DNA of 64,000 nt, taken from positions 278,350-342,349 of the forward strand of contig NMRA01000374.1 of assembly GCA_002633005.1 (NCBI GenBank), written 5' to 3'. Both the position numbers and the translations under genes were made by a program. The DNA is from Phoronis australis (Eukaryota > Animalia > Phoronida). The notes under the pieces are model-generated. The model did not search any database. It had not been told where the DNA came from and saw only the letters and a list, made by a program, of their open reading frames with translations. Below, piece after piece: positions 25,901-38,699 of the stretch (position 1 is its first letter; each line of letters begins with the position of its first letter).

Positions 25901-27799
25901 TAAATGAAATGCTCATACAACAGTTAATTTGAGATGTCATGCATACAAAGAAATTGGAAAACTATTTTGAAGGGAAAACAAAAAAGCATTCATTTGTGAA
26001 CTGCGCTTTTCAAGCCATACATGATACGATGTAATGCGTTTGCCCCAACAAGCGCCCAGGCACTTAAGTTCATTAAACAGTATGCTTGTTCATAACCTGG
26101 GGTTCATCAAAAAGTAGTTATGATGAAAGCAAAAGTTAATTCTTAAAATGTATGCTCAATTACAATTCTGTGACCTAAGGTAAGTTTTGAAGAATAAAAT
26201 GTGATAAACGTTTGTGCAGTCATATCCAATTTATTGATACAAACAACAATAGCAAAAATCTTGATGAGAACCACAATGTACCTATAAACAATCATGAACA
26301 AAAAGGAACAAAGTGAGTGCACCCTTCCTGGCAGAAAGTAATGCACACGAATGATGATACATAGTGATTCTTGGTATTAATGACATTGTGTCATTAAGAA
26401 TTGTCACTTTTTCATGAAACTTCAACAGGTGCGGTTCATAAGTATTCGAATCTGAATTAGTGATGCTTTGCTTCTTTATCCATGTCACATGAGAGCATCA
26501 TCTTACCTTAACGTACAAGGCCGATCTATTTAGTCTGTTCTTTTTAAGAGTCCCAGGTGTTGTTTCATTGTCGAAACTGATGTTTTCTAGGACTCTTGTT
26601 GCAGTGGCCCGAAAGAAACGCACATTACTGGGCCATGGCTGCTGAAACTCCCTGGCCAGAAACTGCTCAAAATTTCCTCTGCTTAGTGCTTGGGGAACAG
26701 TCAGCGATCTCACTTTGAAGTCACCTGTAGAGCAAAACACAACAAACTTGGATTTAATTTTGTAACTGCAAAGGTTCAAGTTTTCCATAATTTGTCTTTC
26801 ACATTAATTTGTGATTCAATGTTAGCCACAGTGTTATTAACCGTGAACACAAAACTGTTTGAAACTTATTTATATTTATTTATGAATGTAATATTTACAA
26901 TGAGGGTTATCCCCACCAGTTCAGCCCTCAGTAAAAAAACAGATAGTAAAAAAGTAAGACAAAAACAGAATTACAAACTGGAGATACAACTAACGCTAAC
27001 TAGTCGGAATTCTCCAATCATGTAGATGCATGTTGTTTGACTAACGTTTACCAATGAGTGTAGATTCATGCCATCAACTCTCGTTTTCGGTGGGGTGAAA
27101 GTTATTAGGTACAGTTGGTCGGTTCGGTGTGTGTACGTATTAATGCATGCCGTCCCCTGTACTTCAAAAGGGCGGGCGGTATGCGAAATCCGCTTTCACC
27201 CAAGTCAAAAATACACTCTAAACTTAGAAGTATCACTTAAAAAGCGCTTAATTTATTCAGCGGTCCTTTCTACATCTACTCACATCTCCGACGAAGATTA
27301 GCTACTACAATTAAGGTGTCTTTGGTGAAGAGATTCCAACTGTTGAAGTTTTCATTTAAAAAAGGTTTCATTAAAATCGACCGAGGGGTTATTTTGCTAT
27401 GAATGTACTTTTCTTAAAAACGAAATTTTGACTTAAAAGGTTTGTACGTAAAAAGAATAATGGAACAAAATACAAAAAGTATACTTATATTTCCTGGTCT
27501 TTGTTCTTTCAGGAAATGTATACCTTTACGAGTTGACAAAGCTTAGTTTTTGTGAATGGAGGCCATTAAATAAGGTTGGAGATAACCTTAAAACTGTTTC
27601 TTTTACTAGAGAAAACTTGCAACCTAACGCGCAAATACATACTTATAGGATGTTATCCGCCACGTGAACAGTCTGAGTGTTCAAAAAAATCTACCTAAAA
27701 ATGAAAAAAACTTAGGAATTTGGTGTCGGTCGATACGAAGAATAATGTCTCTTGGGATATTACTTCATCTAATGCACTCTGTATGTTTTGTGTATTCAC

Positions 27800-27806
27800 T
27801 TACTTA

Positions 27807-27870
<64 letters not shown>
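27800..27870. repeat. (TTAC)n microsatellite
   Basis: Directly visible. Confidence 0.95.
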
Positions 27871-27871
<1 letters not shown>

Positions 27872-27994
27872 CGGTGTCGCGACGTAACCGGAAACGAACT
27901 GAGTTTAAATGCAACGTAACCAGGTTCCGAGGGCTCACACCCTGAGGTCACGGACAGCGTGAATGGCTAAGATTAGGGTTAGGGTTAGGTAAGG

Positions 27995-28945
27995 CTTTTC
28001 TCCACCACTCTCTAGTTGTGATATTTAAGGCCTGCTCCCACTTCTTTTCTATATTTTTTGTGTTTTTGTCGAACTTGGTTATGAACCGATTGTAGATTCT
28101 TCTGTTTAAATCAGACAGAATGTCCAAGAAAATAGGGGGAGCATGCGGAAGGGAAATCGTGAAAATAGAATTTCTCCTAATTTTCAAGTATTTACACATG
28201 GCCCTTATTAGACCCTGGAAATGGGTAGTTGGAGAAAGGACGTACTTATCACAAAAAGTTGTTAAGACATAAGTCGACCATCATCATCAAATATATCATG
28301 TTCATAAACAATGCTTTTTTCATATCATTGTCTATGGAAATTACAGTTATTGTCTATTTTGAAACTAGGTTATACAACAGTGGTTCATGCGGATAGTTTT
28401 CAGTTTTAATTTAGTAACAGGACATAAATTCTCCAAAAATAAATAAGCTGTCTTTCCAAAAAGTATAAATTTACACTTCTTGAACAAAAAGTATTAAAAT
28501 GTTTCCAGAACTCATCATTTGACGTTATGAACCTTCTGAACCACGAAAGTTTCAGAGATTTAAGGATCAGTCATGCCTCATCTACCTTCAGGGACATTTT
28601 GTGTCATTGTAGTTCGACTTATTTTGTTATTTTCACCATTCTATATAAATCTAAAGAACATCCGTTCTATAGGTTTAGTTATTTCTTCAAAACGCGATGG
28701 CAAAGTGAGGAACAAGTGCAATAACTTTGGGACTGTAAATGATTTAACCAACTGTAATTTTACCTAGAGTAGTTAAATCTCGTCTGGAGCGTGTTAATAA
28801 ATCTTTTCTAATTTCCAAAATGATATTATCAAAATTCAAACTGATCATCTCTGGAATATTAACACTTAAGTTAATACCAAGAAAGGTAAAATGAGATTTT
28901 GGCCACGAAAGCCGTCTTTCTTGACATTTGCTGTGTATTATCAAA
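27995..28945 (-). mobile_element. L1/Tx1-type non-LTR retrotransposon fragment (post-RT region)
   Basis: FLGINLS...NFDNII...RDLTTLGKITV, SLKLSWFRR and KWEQAL...W motifs typical of L1/Tx1 ORF2; degenerate. Confidence 0.65.
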
Positions 28946-29169
28946 TTTCCTAGCCCCCAAAAAAATTATAAATTATGCATCTTTTATGACTGATAGTTTG
29001 TATGGTGTCGTTTAAAGAACAATCATGAGAGAAAAGTTCGAAATTTGACATACGACGGTAGGCACGTAAAGTAATAAATTTATATTCGTGAAGCGTGGTC
29101 CCAGGTGATCAGCGTGTACTTAAGTGCATTAAAATCAACTAAGCGCAAATTAGAATAAATATGACATGC

Positions 29170-29250
29170 ATCAGCTCAAACCGGCTTCTATTAATCACAC
29201 TGGGGTAGACGCTGATCACCAGTAATTTGCATAGGAGACTACTGAAATAA
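29170..29250 (+). promoter_or_regulatory. Conserved upstream block of discoidin gene A with octamer ATTTGCAT
   Basis: Matches 44535-44600 upstream of gene B; ATTTGCAT at 29225-29232. Confidence 0.4.
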
Positions 29251-32156
29251 TTTAGTATCGACATGGTCAAATGGAGAAACAATAATATATGTCAAATGAG
29301 TTAGGAAGCAAATCATGCACGGAAAGTGGTGAAACAATGACGTAATAAACCACAAAGAACTGGAGACGCAAATTTGAAGAGCACTACATAAATGTCATCT
29401 GTCCCAGAAGACTTGTGATTATACAACTGACTGGTGGCACGAGTTACTTCCTTCTTCGATACCACAATGTCTTCTATAGGATTGTATTTACAATTTTAAA
29501 GAAGGCAAAATAATTCTTTTAACTTCAGGAACACAATTAAAGAGATGATCTTAGTGGTCCTTCCAAAGATTAACAATATTCGTATCTCCACTGAGTCCAT
29601 CAATAGCCAGTGGAAGAGAAACGTCACTCTTTCTGACCACTTTAATCTCTTTCCAGTAAGTTTTCAAGTCAATCATTCTTTACGTTATACATTTCCGCGC
29701 GGCTTAATGTAACGGAAAGAGAGATTTACATCTGTGCAGTGAACCCACAGTGGACCAAACCTTGGTTTTTCTAAAATTATGCCATAAGACCAAAATATCT
29801 GGCTTAGTTTCATTTAAGTCAGCAACACAATCTCACAAATCAATTTAACAAGTTTGAAAAACATAGAACTGTTAGCATTCGTGTCAAAACACTGGTTATT
29901 AGCTTCTAGCAAACATTACGTAAAGTATCATAAAATTTAGTAACACTCTCAATATGGCTAGAATTACTACATGATGTGTCAGCACGGGAAACACAATTCG
30001 GAATATAAACATTTTCTGAAAGAGAATCCGTTAAAGAGGTCTGGAACGCAATAAATCAGAGTGAGTTGCAATATTGAAACTGCTACTAAATCAGAATTGA
30101 GCCTGCTCACCAGGTATTTGAGGGTTTGTTAGTAAGGATTTTAATTTCTTTTAGTTTCAAATTTCAAACAAAAAACATTTGTCAGCTGCTCGCCACTTCG
30201 TCGGTTTTTCTCCCACAAGGCAAAACACGTCTCCTTCTTTGGTATGGCAAACGTAGACGTAGCACCTTTCTCTTATATGGAAAATGTGATCTTTCACCTC
30301 AAGCAACTTCAAGCAACTGACTGTGAGCGCATGCGCACTTTTATGATAAGAGGGAGGCAGATTAGAAATTCTGTGGTGACCACAGACTTTTTTAAAAATC
30401 GTGAATTTTGTGATTTTTCGGGAAGTTTCCTCATATCACTGGGGAAAGTGAATTACTCTGTACTAGACGTTGCTACATGTTACTTTCGTCAGCAATTGTT
30501 TAAAAGACAGTTTTGTCGAGATTTCGTGTTCCATGGCTATTTAAATAATGTCATTGCACCATTTCGTCTTTCGACACAGAGCACCTTTTCTATCGAAGGC
30601 CACAAGTAATTGTATCAAAAGAACTGGAAAGTTTTGGAATCTTTTTTAGCAATAGTGCGATCCTCATCTGAAATATTACCTTCGTTGCACATAAACGGCC
30701 ATCGGCCAGTGGTACATACCGAGTACATTTATACAGAAACACACTGATGTATGAAAAAGAATAAACATATAACAACCACAATACTCAGAACCATTTAGAC
30801 ACTAGCTCTTATGAGAAACGTTTTCCTGATAAACTTTGACAGATTAACCAAAAATGTACTTGAAACGTTATTCACCTGTCGCATTGTGCCAATTGTGGAA
30901 TTAATTGGCACCTCAAGTGATCATACGGAGAGCATCTTGGTGTCATAACTTTATCAAAGATTGTTAGAGCAGTCACAACATCTAGACCACCAAAACTTCT
31001 GTCAACCCGAACAATGTTGTGAACTTTTTTGTTTTTATGGTTAATTCATATGAAATATCATAACAACTAGCACTACCCTGTATTATGGAAGCCTAAATTT
31101 GAAAAAGAAATGTTAGCATGACTTCAAGTGTGAGGCCATGTCTATTCTAATTTCCGAGTCCAAATTGTGTCATCTACTGCCATGAAACGTCACCATTAAA
31201 CAAGTCAATGGTATGATCCAACCAGGAATTGGTGGCCCACGCATGACTAACAAAAGCTTGACAATATGGAGGGAGTAACACCTGTGATGAATTAATGAGA
31301 TTAAGATCTGAGCAAAAAGACTACAAGTGTTAAGCAAATAACGAGTTAACAGACTGTCCTACATCAGCAATAAAATCACCAACTATATCAAAACATGAAA
31401 TTCCAAACTCTCCGAGTATGACTACCAAACAACCTAACTTTTCAACAAAACTTTCTTCATTTTTTACACTGGTAAGCTGTAAAACCATGCTCTTAACCCT
31501 GGCACTATATTCAGTGCAACACACCAGTGCTGTCCGAGCTCAAGATAACGTAAAATTACAATATCCACAAATTTACATCCATACACACTGAAGGATCATT
31601 GCATGTACAAGTTATATGAAACGAAAAAATAAATGTGTCTAGTTGGTACGCGTTCAAGTTTAATGTTATTAATGTGTAATTGAACCATGAGGTAACCATT
31701 GATAGCTGTAACAGACGTGTCGGGGTTAAACCTGGAAGCAAAAACCTTAGCTCGGCGGTTTTTCATTGGTTTCCTGATATTAGGTCACGTGATGTGATCA
31801 AAAAGATTGCGGATCGAACGGGATAAACAATTTGCAACTTAATTATTACACGCCTCACTGAAAAAGATGATATTTACATACATTGGCAATTGGTCAGACA
31901 ACGTTACGCGCGCACACACACACACTCACACGCACACTTGCAACTTGGCCGTAGTTTGCTATTCGTTTCCAATTAATAGCCTACGACCATCAGGCACGTT
32001 TTGAGCTGGGCTGATATAAGGAAATTTTCAGTAAAGAAACTTCATGTACTATGTGAATGATGACCATTTTATTGACACAAAATCGTATAAAGACCACCTT
32101 GCACTTACTGCAACATCATTCAGCAATTCGCCCAGAGACACTGAAAGATTGCTACC

Positions 32157-32284
32157 ATGCTTATGAATAACGCTTTCACGACTCTTTTCTTGACCGTCTT
32201 GGTTGTTAGTCAACGCTTTGTAGAAGGGAACAGGTTTGGTGTAGATGAGGCCGCATTTGAGAAGCCAAGAAACCGGCAGGCCAG
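32157..32284 (+). CDS. Discoidin paralog A exon 1 (signal peptide)
   Basis: ACCATGC start; AG|GTAAAA donor; same 128-bp length as paralog B exon 1. Confidence 0.8.
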
Positions 32285-35200
32285 GTAAAAGAAAACATTT
32301 TTTTTATTTTTCAGTCAAGTCTTCAATGTAGAGGAGGGTTCCATAATGCTATTTGAGCATGTTGATTTAACAGTTTATTGCAACCATTTAACACCCGCAG
32401 TATAACGCCATATGACTATTCCCTGGCGCAAGCAGGGTAAAAATGGCCTATTATCGAATTGGGCAAACGACGAACTGTTCAGTATTTGTTCAAGCTGGAA
32501 ACAAAGAAATTAACGGCCTCCTAAGGCATCCCTTTAGTGCTCAAAAGGTATACTTATAGCAACATGACTTCGATGGTTTAATCAGTGTGATGCATAATTA
32601 GCCGAAAAACTTCCGGCATATGGAGGACCTATGACATGGTCACCATCTCTACTGGGCCAATTGAGACAGTCCTATTGTCTAACCCCTGGCCCCTCTAGGG
32701 GCTGAACAAGCTAAAAAAACTGGTGAAAATACAGAGTCGCACAATCGTTGTTTACTTGGCGGAATTCTTCGAATTCCGACAAGTATGTTGCTCTGTCGTC
32801 AAGTTTTTTTTTTTTTGTTCGCACTCTACAGGTCACAATTTTCGTCCGATTTTCACGAAATTTGCACAGAACATGTAGATTGGAATGTACTGGAACGCTA
32901 TTGTTTTTGGTCATGATCGGATACAAAATGGCGGACGTGGCGGCCATTTTGTATCCGATTTCACAGTCAAATACTCGTAGAGGCCGCATTTTTCGACGTA
33001 CATGGCTCAAAATCAGAACAATTTTACTAGAACCCATGTGCTACAACTGTGCAGAAAATCTTTGACTTCCGGTTAAAGATGGCGGAAATATTGGACGTGG
33101 CGCATGCGCACCCCGAAATATGGCTAAAAACGTTTTCTCCTGTAGAGGGCGCAATTGCAAACCAATCACTTTCAAACTGGTCAGGTGTTTGTTGAGATTA
33201 ATAAGCTTTTATAAAAAATTATTTGACCGGAAGTTACTTCCAAGATGGCGGCTGTGGAGCATGTTCACACGGTTTCAATCGCTGTGTTGTCGCAATTTTT
33301 ATTATATTTGCAATCTTCTTTCAAGTAATACGATTAATGTTTCTTTTACTAGAGAAAACTTGTAACTAACGCGCAAGTAGATACATAGTAGGATGTGATC
33401 CGTCACGTGAACAGTCTGTGTGAAGCATGTGTGTGTTGAAAAATCTGCCGAAAAAGCAAGGAATTCGAAGCGTATATGTGTGCGTGTACCTCAAGGGGGC
33501 TCGGGGGCTCGAACCCTCCCCCCTCTTCATTTGGCGAACTGGGCAAAAACGTCCACCTAGAGAAACAAGAACTACGAAAAAGTGTAGAAAACGAGACGAA
33601 AGTCCACTAAAAAGGCAGGGACAACCAAAATTCGGCGATTGCACAATTCATAGCGCTGAACGAACCCCGTAAATCCACATTCTCAAAAATTCGAAGCCCC
33701 CAATTTTAGGCTGGTGCGCGCATGATAGGATACTCGTATACGGCAGATACACACAATAATGTCGAGTGGGATATTACTTCATCTGCGCCAATCGAGATAC
33801 GTTTTGTGGCTAAATACGCAGACAACAATTAATAGTTAGAATAACGCGTTTGCAGTTTTGGTGAAGAGAATTTGAATTTTTACTAGCCCTTTATGTTCAT
33901 TATTTTGAAATGATAGATCTCAGCAAGCATGGAAAAGAGAGACGCAATCTGAAGTCCTGTGCAACAAACTCCTCGTATCGGGTAACCAGCCCATACCTGA
34001 TGAGAGCATCATAGCGTCGTCTTCATTAGACGCCAACCACGGAGCGAGTAAAGCTCGTATAACCGGACATGGACATTGGTCTCCGAGCGAGAATGATGAC
34101 ACCCAGTGGCTCTTTTTTGATCTTGGTGTGGTTAGAAATGTGACTGCGCTTGTGACCAAAGGAGGTTTGCAACAAGAAGTCCAGTACGTAACGACGTACC
34201 TCCCACTGTATAGCAAGAAAGGAGTTTACTGGCACATCTTTCTGAACGAAGATGGTCATGGGGTAATGATCTCGTTGTGATTTTACTATTGGTTGCCTTG
34301 ATTCTAGTTCTGCATAGTTCATAAATTACTGAAATACAGCCAATTAATTAGGTCTAACGTCCGCGTTTTACTCATTTAACAGGAGACAGTCAGAAAATAC
34401 AAGCAAACCTTACTCGTACTTGTTTTCTAGCACATGCCATAGGTGATAAATAATTGCTAATAATATTATAAAACGCACATACTCCTGCTGTTGGTTTTGC
34501 GACCTGCAAATCGCCAATGCGACCTCAGATTGCATTTGGCTACTTGTAAAATCACAAGTTGCCACTGTCGACGAGTATCAAAGTCAGATAATAATTCCCC
34601 CTAAATTCTTTTCAAAGTTTGTGTTGACTCCCTAACGGTTTTCCCAGATGTTTATCCTGTGGTCCACGATTGTTCGATTTATTTCGCAAAATCAGTGCAT
34701 TTGCCCCCACCGCACTCGGCACCCATCAAACATGCGCTTAAATTACAACAGGAAGTAAAGAGACGAAAGTCGAAATTGTTCAATAAAATCGGCCAAGATC
34801 GGTGAAACACTGTGGCACAGTACATGTGATCGTATGTCTCCTTTTTTAAGACTCAGCGATTTCCGAATTGCCAACTTGAGGGTCCATTTGGCTACCTGAG
34901 ATTATCAGTTTTGGCGACCTCGGATTTTTTCCAAGTCGCCAAGTGTGACTTGGCGTTAAGCTAAGCGTCGAGTAATTTTGAAACGGAGAATGCTCATGGG
35001 CAATTCCATTTGTGATGGACGAACAATCAGAGAACATTTTTATCAGTTGTTAAAACTGTGCATCCTAGGAAAATGATTAACACATCAATTGATAGGTCTC
35101 CTTAATAGCTTGCGACTTTTCTCCTATCCTTTTATCTGACTGAGAAAATTGCCTTTAAAGGGGTGTGACGGACGTAGGCAGAGAATTTGAAATTTTGAAA

Positions 35201-36925
35201 AAAAAAATTAATGTTAATTTTCTGTGAGTTGCATTTGATTACAATTTTTTGTTTTATATGATGATTTAATTCAATATTTGCAAAGTACAAAACACTAAAT
35301 TTTTAAATGATATCGTCTAGGAAATTTTCGTCAGACAGCTCGATGTAAGCTGAGTGCGTGTGACGGACGTACGTGACGGACGTACCCTCTGAATTTCTAG
35401 GAATTAAATTGTTTGCTGGGCTTCACGTGATTGCACAAATTTGATAATATAGTGAAATACCCATAATTGGCTTATTTATGGCAATAACAAGCAACACATA
35501 TGAAAATTGAGCTCATTTTTAGGGTCAAGTGACCCCAAAAATGGGGCCATTTAGGCAAAAAAAATGAAAGTTATAGGAAAGTCAAACATGGAACCTGAGA
35601 TTAGAGAGACTGGGCTTCAGATGAGACCAGAAATGTTAGTATAGTCATAATTTCATTTTTTTTTTGTCTTGAGGTGGACCTTTTCAAGGAATTGCCCTCA
35701 TCTTAAACGTCACTGTAGCGCACTTTCTTAGATTCGTCGAGATTAGTAAAGAAGTCCGTGAGTAACAGAAACCGGCTGCGGGGGAATGGGCGGCGAATGG
35801 GGAGCCAAATATGATAGGGGTTGATGTCATGAATGAAGTCGTCTGTAAACTTAATACGTCACAAAATCATTGATAATTTGGACTTTTCAAACTTGTGGGT
35901 CTTATTGCGGGACGCAGAGTGGGATTTTCATCAGGTGGCTGCTACATTCCATACGAAAAATTATATTGGATCTACATTTACACGAGAGGGGTGGAGGGTG
36001 TAACTCTACCTATGAAAAGGGTTTCTTATTTACTGCATTCATAACCCAGTGATCCAGTCAGTGTTGTACACGAATCGACGCCACAGTTCAAAATGGCCTT
36101 ATATTTAATTTTAATACAATAAGCATTTCGTACGGTTAAAAAGCGTCATTTCAAGCCACGTTGTATAGGGTGTAGTTTTAATTTTAATTTTGTCCAACAA
36201 GAAGTAATGGGATAGATTATCTAACTTACATCGCCGGTGCCCGCGGAACGTAGTCGAAATGACCTAGCCGCGTTGTCTTTGAATGACGTTTCTCAGTTCT
36301 TGGCTAACTATAATTACATTAGTCTGCTTAAACCCGATTGAGATTTAACGCTGAGTCTCAGAAATTTTTGAATGATTTCAGCTGGTCCGGCGTAGGCATA
36401 ATTATATTAAACTCGCTTTCCTAGTTTAAATTGCCAAATCTGGTTTGAAAATGGGATAAGATGATGATATGTATATCTGCTAGCCTAATATGCATTTTAT
36501 GAGGGGGGTAACTTTCACCACAGTGGGCGTCTCTGAGTACCGTATTGTTGGACATAACACATACAGTTATATGTCAGGCAGACTGAGACGCTTGGAGGTC
36601 TTGTATACCAACACCCAGGGAAGTCGCAGGTGATTGCATGTTCTGGCGGAATAAAAAACACAGTCGTGTATGAAAAGTCTGCAAACAACTGTTCAAGTGT
36701 CGTTTGAGTTAAATTCGTGTACTAATTGTGCGCATTGTTCTCGTCAGATTCTCACCGATTATGTCATGTTAACATCCTCTGTTACAGCTTTTCCAGGGAA
36801 ACGCCGATCTTGACACCATGAAAGTGAACAAAATTTCGCCGGCGGTCGAAGCTCGATACGTAGCATTTTTAGTTCGCTCCTGGCATGTTGGGGTCTCCAT
36901 GAGAGCTGATGTGCTGGGATGCTAG
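32157..36925 (+). CDS. Secreted single discoidin (F5/8 type C) domain protein, paralog A (~203 aa, 3 exons)
   Basis: join(32157-32284, 33917-34262, 36788-36925); GT-AG sites, phases 2/0, open frame. Signal peptide MLMNNAFTTLFLTVLVVSQRFVEG; motifs ARI-G, QWLFFDLG..RNVTALVTKG, VTTY..YS...W, FQGNAD, SWHVGVSMRADVLGC*. AATAAA at ~37239. Confidence 0.85.
32752..33300 (+). mobile_element. HINE-like element in intron 1 of discoidin A, related to 17370-18493
   Basis: 5' palindrome ACTTGGCGGAATTC-ttc-GAATTCCGACAAGT; shared CAATTTTCGTCCGAT..CACGAAATTT and CTTCCGGTTAAAGATGGCGGAAATAT blocks. Confidence 0.65.
33917..34262 (+). CDS. Discoidin paralog A exon 2
   Basis: CNKLLVSGNQPIPD...QWLFFDLGVVRNVTALVTKG...YWHIFLNEDGHG; donor GG|GTAATG. 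Confidence 0.85.
34847..36359. mobile_element. Putative TIR element in intron 2 of discoidin A
   Basis: TAAGACTCAGCG (~34847) and CGCTGAGTCTCA (~36349) are inverted; the region has no counterpart in the shorter intron 2 of paralog B. Confidence 0.4.
36788..36925 (+). CDS. Discoidin paralog A exon 3
   Basis: LFQGNADLDTMKVNKISPAVEARYVAFLVRSWHVGVSMRADVLGC*. Confidence 0.85.
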   Translation, partial: LFQGNADLDTMKVNKISPAVEARYVAFLVRSWHVGVSMRADVLGC

Positions 36926-37720
36926 TGAGAGAGCATGACATCATTCCAAGATACTGTACCCAGCAATGTATATGCGTCCATGGATTTTGCAAATTAATTG
37001 GCCTAACACTCGACTGATAAACTGTCCAGCTCAACCACGACGACTGATGGAACTACCCGAGACCCAGGCAACGCTTAAATGTCAAAAATAACACAAGGAC
37101 CTATTCTTCAACGAAAAATTCTACCCATTTTTACTTGAAAATATCTGTATTAGCATTCCTTTGTTGTTATAGGATATTATTCCACTGTTGCGCAAAAGCA
37201 TGCTTTGTCTTGAACACATTGTTACAACAAAAGTGGAGAAATAAAAAGAATAAGAAAACAATTTTGATCACTAATTTGTTGTTTTGCTTCATTAAAACAA
37301 TGCCGTTGGTACGAGTGGGTGATCAGTATCAGGCACCATGTCTATTGTCCTATAGACAAATCGAATTATTCTCACTATCATTCGACACATGTCCCCTGAA
37401 CTATGAAAACAAAGAACAAATATGTATAGACACAGACAATTAGAGGAATTCCATAGATATGCTTCACCTAAGATGCACTTACGCTCATTTGTGACGCGTA
37501 GTCAAACTTTTTTAGTCAAAACATTTACAAAAAACGGCTTTCATGAGAAACAGATAGCTCGGCAAATCAAGCTATCAATTTCAGCCAATCAAAGCGTGCG
37601 AAGGTATAAAGGCAGCCATCGTCCACCACTCAGGGTCACAGAAATTCGTTGCTAACCAAAACCGAGATGGTTCTTCGGTGTGCTTGGGACAGGGAAAACG
37701 TTCAAGGAAAGGTGGTTGGT

Positions 37721-38516
37721 GGCCCTAAAGTCGTGAGTGCCCTTAAGTCGTGAACGATCTTATTTCCTCTTCTGCGCGGTCCTGCGACATCTGGCGTTGA
37801 AGTTTCCAGCGTTCGTCTGCTTACGAACGTCAAACGAATACCCGGACGTGTTCGTATTCACAATATGATAACAAACAGTGAGTGAGTGGCTTCTTTTTTC
37901 AAATGTATCTTAAAAACAGCATATTTCACTAATTCACTTTTTTTGGGCATTTTTGAGATATATTTCCGAAAATATTTATCGTTCAGATTTACTCAAACAC
38001 GCGCTCTAGGGGTAGCTTGAACAATGTATCAAAATGTCCCAGGGTTGATCAAGTTTTGTAAGGCCAAAACAATAAAATACAGAGCGATAACTGATGCTGG
38101 GTTCTTAGCGTTTTACGTGAACAACCTCATTGAAAACGTCTGTGCACATCAAAGTTGGGTGCAAAACTTATAACAATTTATTTCAATTGAAACTGAATTA
38201 ATAAACAATGCAATGCATTTTTATGTCATCTAGAGTAACTGTACGCACTGTAGTTGACTTGTGAGGTCTTACTTCGTGTATTTCCGTCTAACCGAAACGG
38301 TCACGACTTTAGGGCCTCATTCAAAATGGCCGCCGATATCAGCGACCGTTTCAAAACTCTGCTTACGGAGACAAACAAGGATTAAGATTGTCAAAACCCG
38401 TATATTTGTGAAGGCTGACATATGTCCATGACATCACATGAGCAGTTGCTAACGGACATTGGGTAGTATGACAATCGGCACTTATGTTTATATTCACTAC
38501 TTTAGGTCACCGGTGT
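37721..38516. mobile_element. Putative Tc1/pogo-type MITE
   Basis: Perfect inverted repeat GGCCCTAAAGTCGTGA (37721-37736) / TCACGACTTTAGGGCC (38301-38316); related end CACTACTTTAGGTCACCGGTG|TA at ~38495-38516. Confidence 0.5.
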
Positions 38517-38699
38517 ATACATCACCAAAGATACATATATTTGTGTTTTACCAAGTAAAAATGGTGTCACATCTAAATTTCGACAGAGGGCGTGGTTCCA
38601 GGCAAAGTGAACCGTCATCATCATACCTTTTATTCTAGGTGCAGAGATTAGGGGCTGGGTCTTTAGACTGGACTACAGTGTAAGGCGTATCCGGGTCGG

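Larger units (their letters stand above)
19015..26724 (-). pseudogene. Spliced, divergent ubiquitin-specific protease (USP, peptidase C19)-like pseudogene
   Basis: Phase-compatible GT-AG exons 26507-26724, 25204-25311, 24199-24259, 23807-24006 (SVGNTCFLSAVVCLFQSLPCF, Cys box) and 23485-23604 (GCQADALEFLNSLLE). Then exon from 20892 (FRITQKSVVTCIAC, Zn ribbon; frameshift and stop), 19518-19713 (LESVIVHTGAFSAPHYV, His box) and ~19015-19110 (KINDISV...AWILCRQ*). Confidence 0.65.

Noticed and set aside
27972-27990. TTAGGG telomeric repeats
   Set aside because: Fewer than three units inside a small repeat; not a telomere or fusion site.
33920-34322. Minus-strand ORFs of 98 aa
   Set aside because: Antisense shadows of discoidin A exon 2.
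32157-36925. Initial suspicion that discoidin A is a pseudogene (absent from the ORF track)
   Set aside because: Manual splicing gives an open 203-aa frame; its exons are simply too short or lack in-frame starts.
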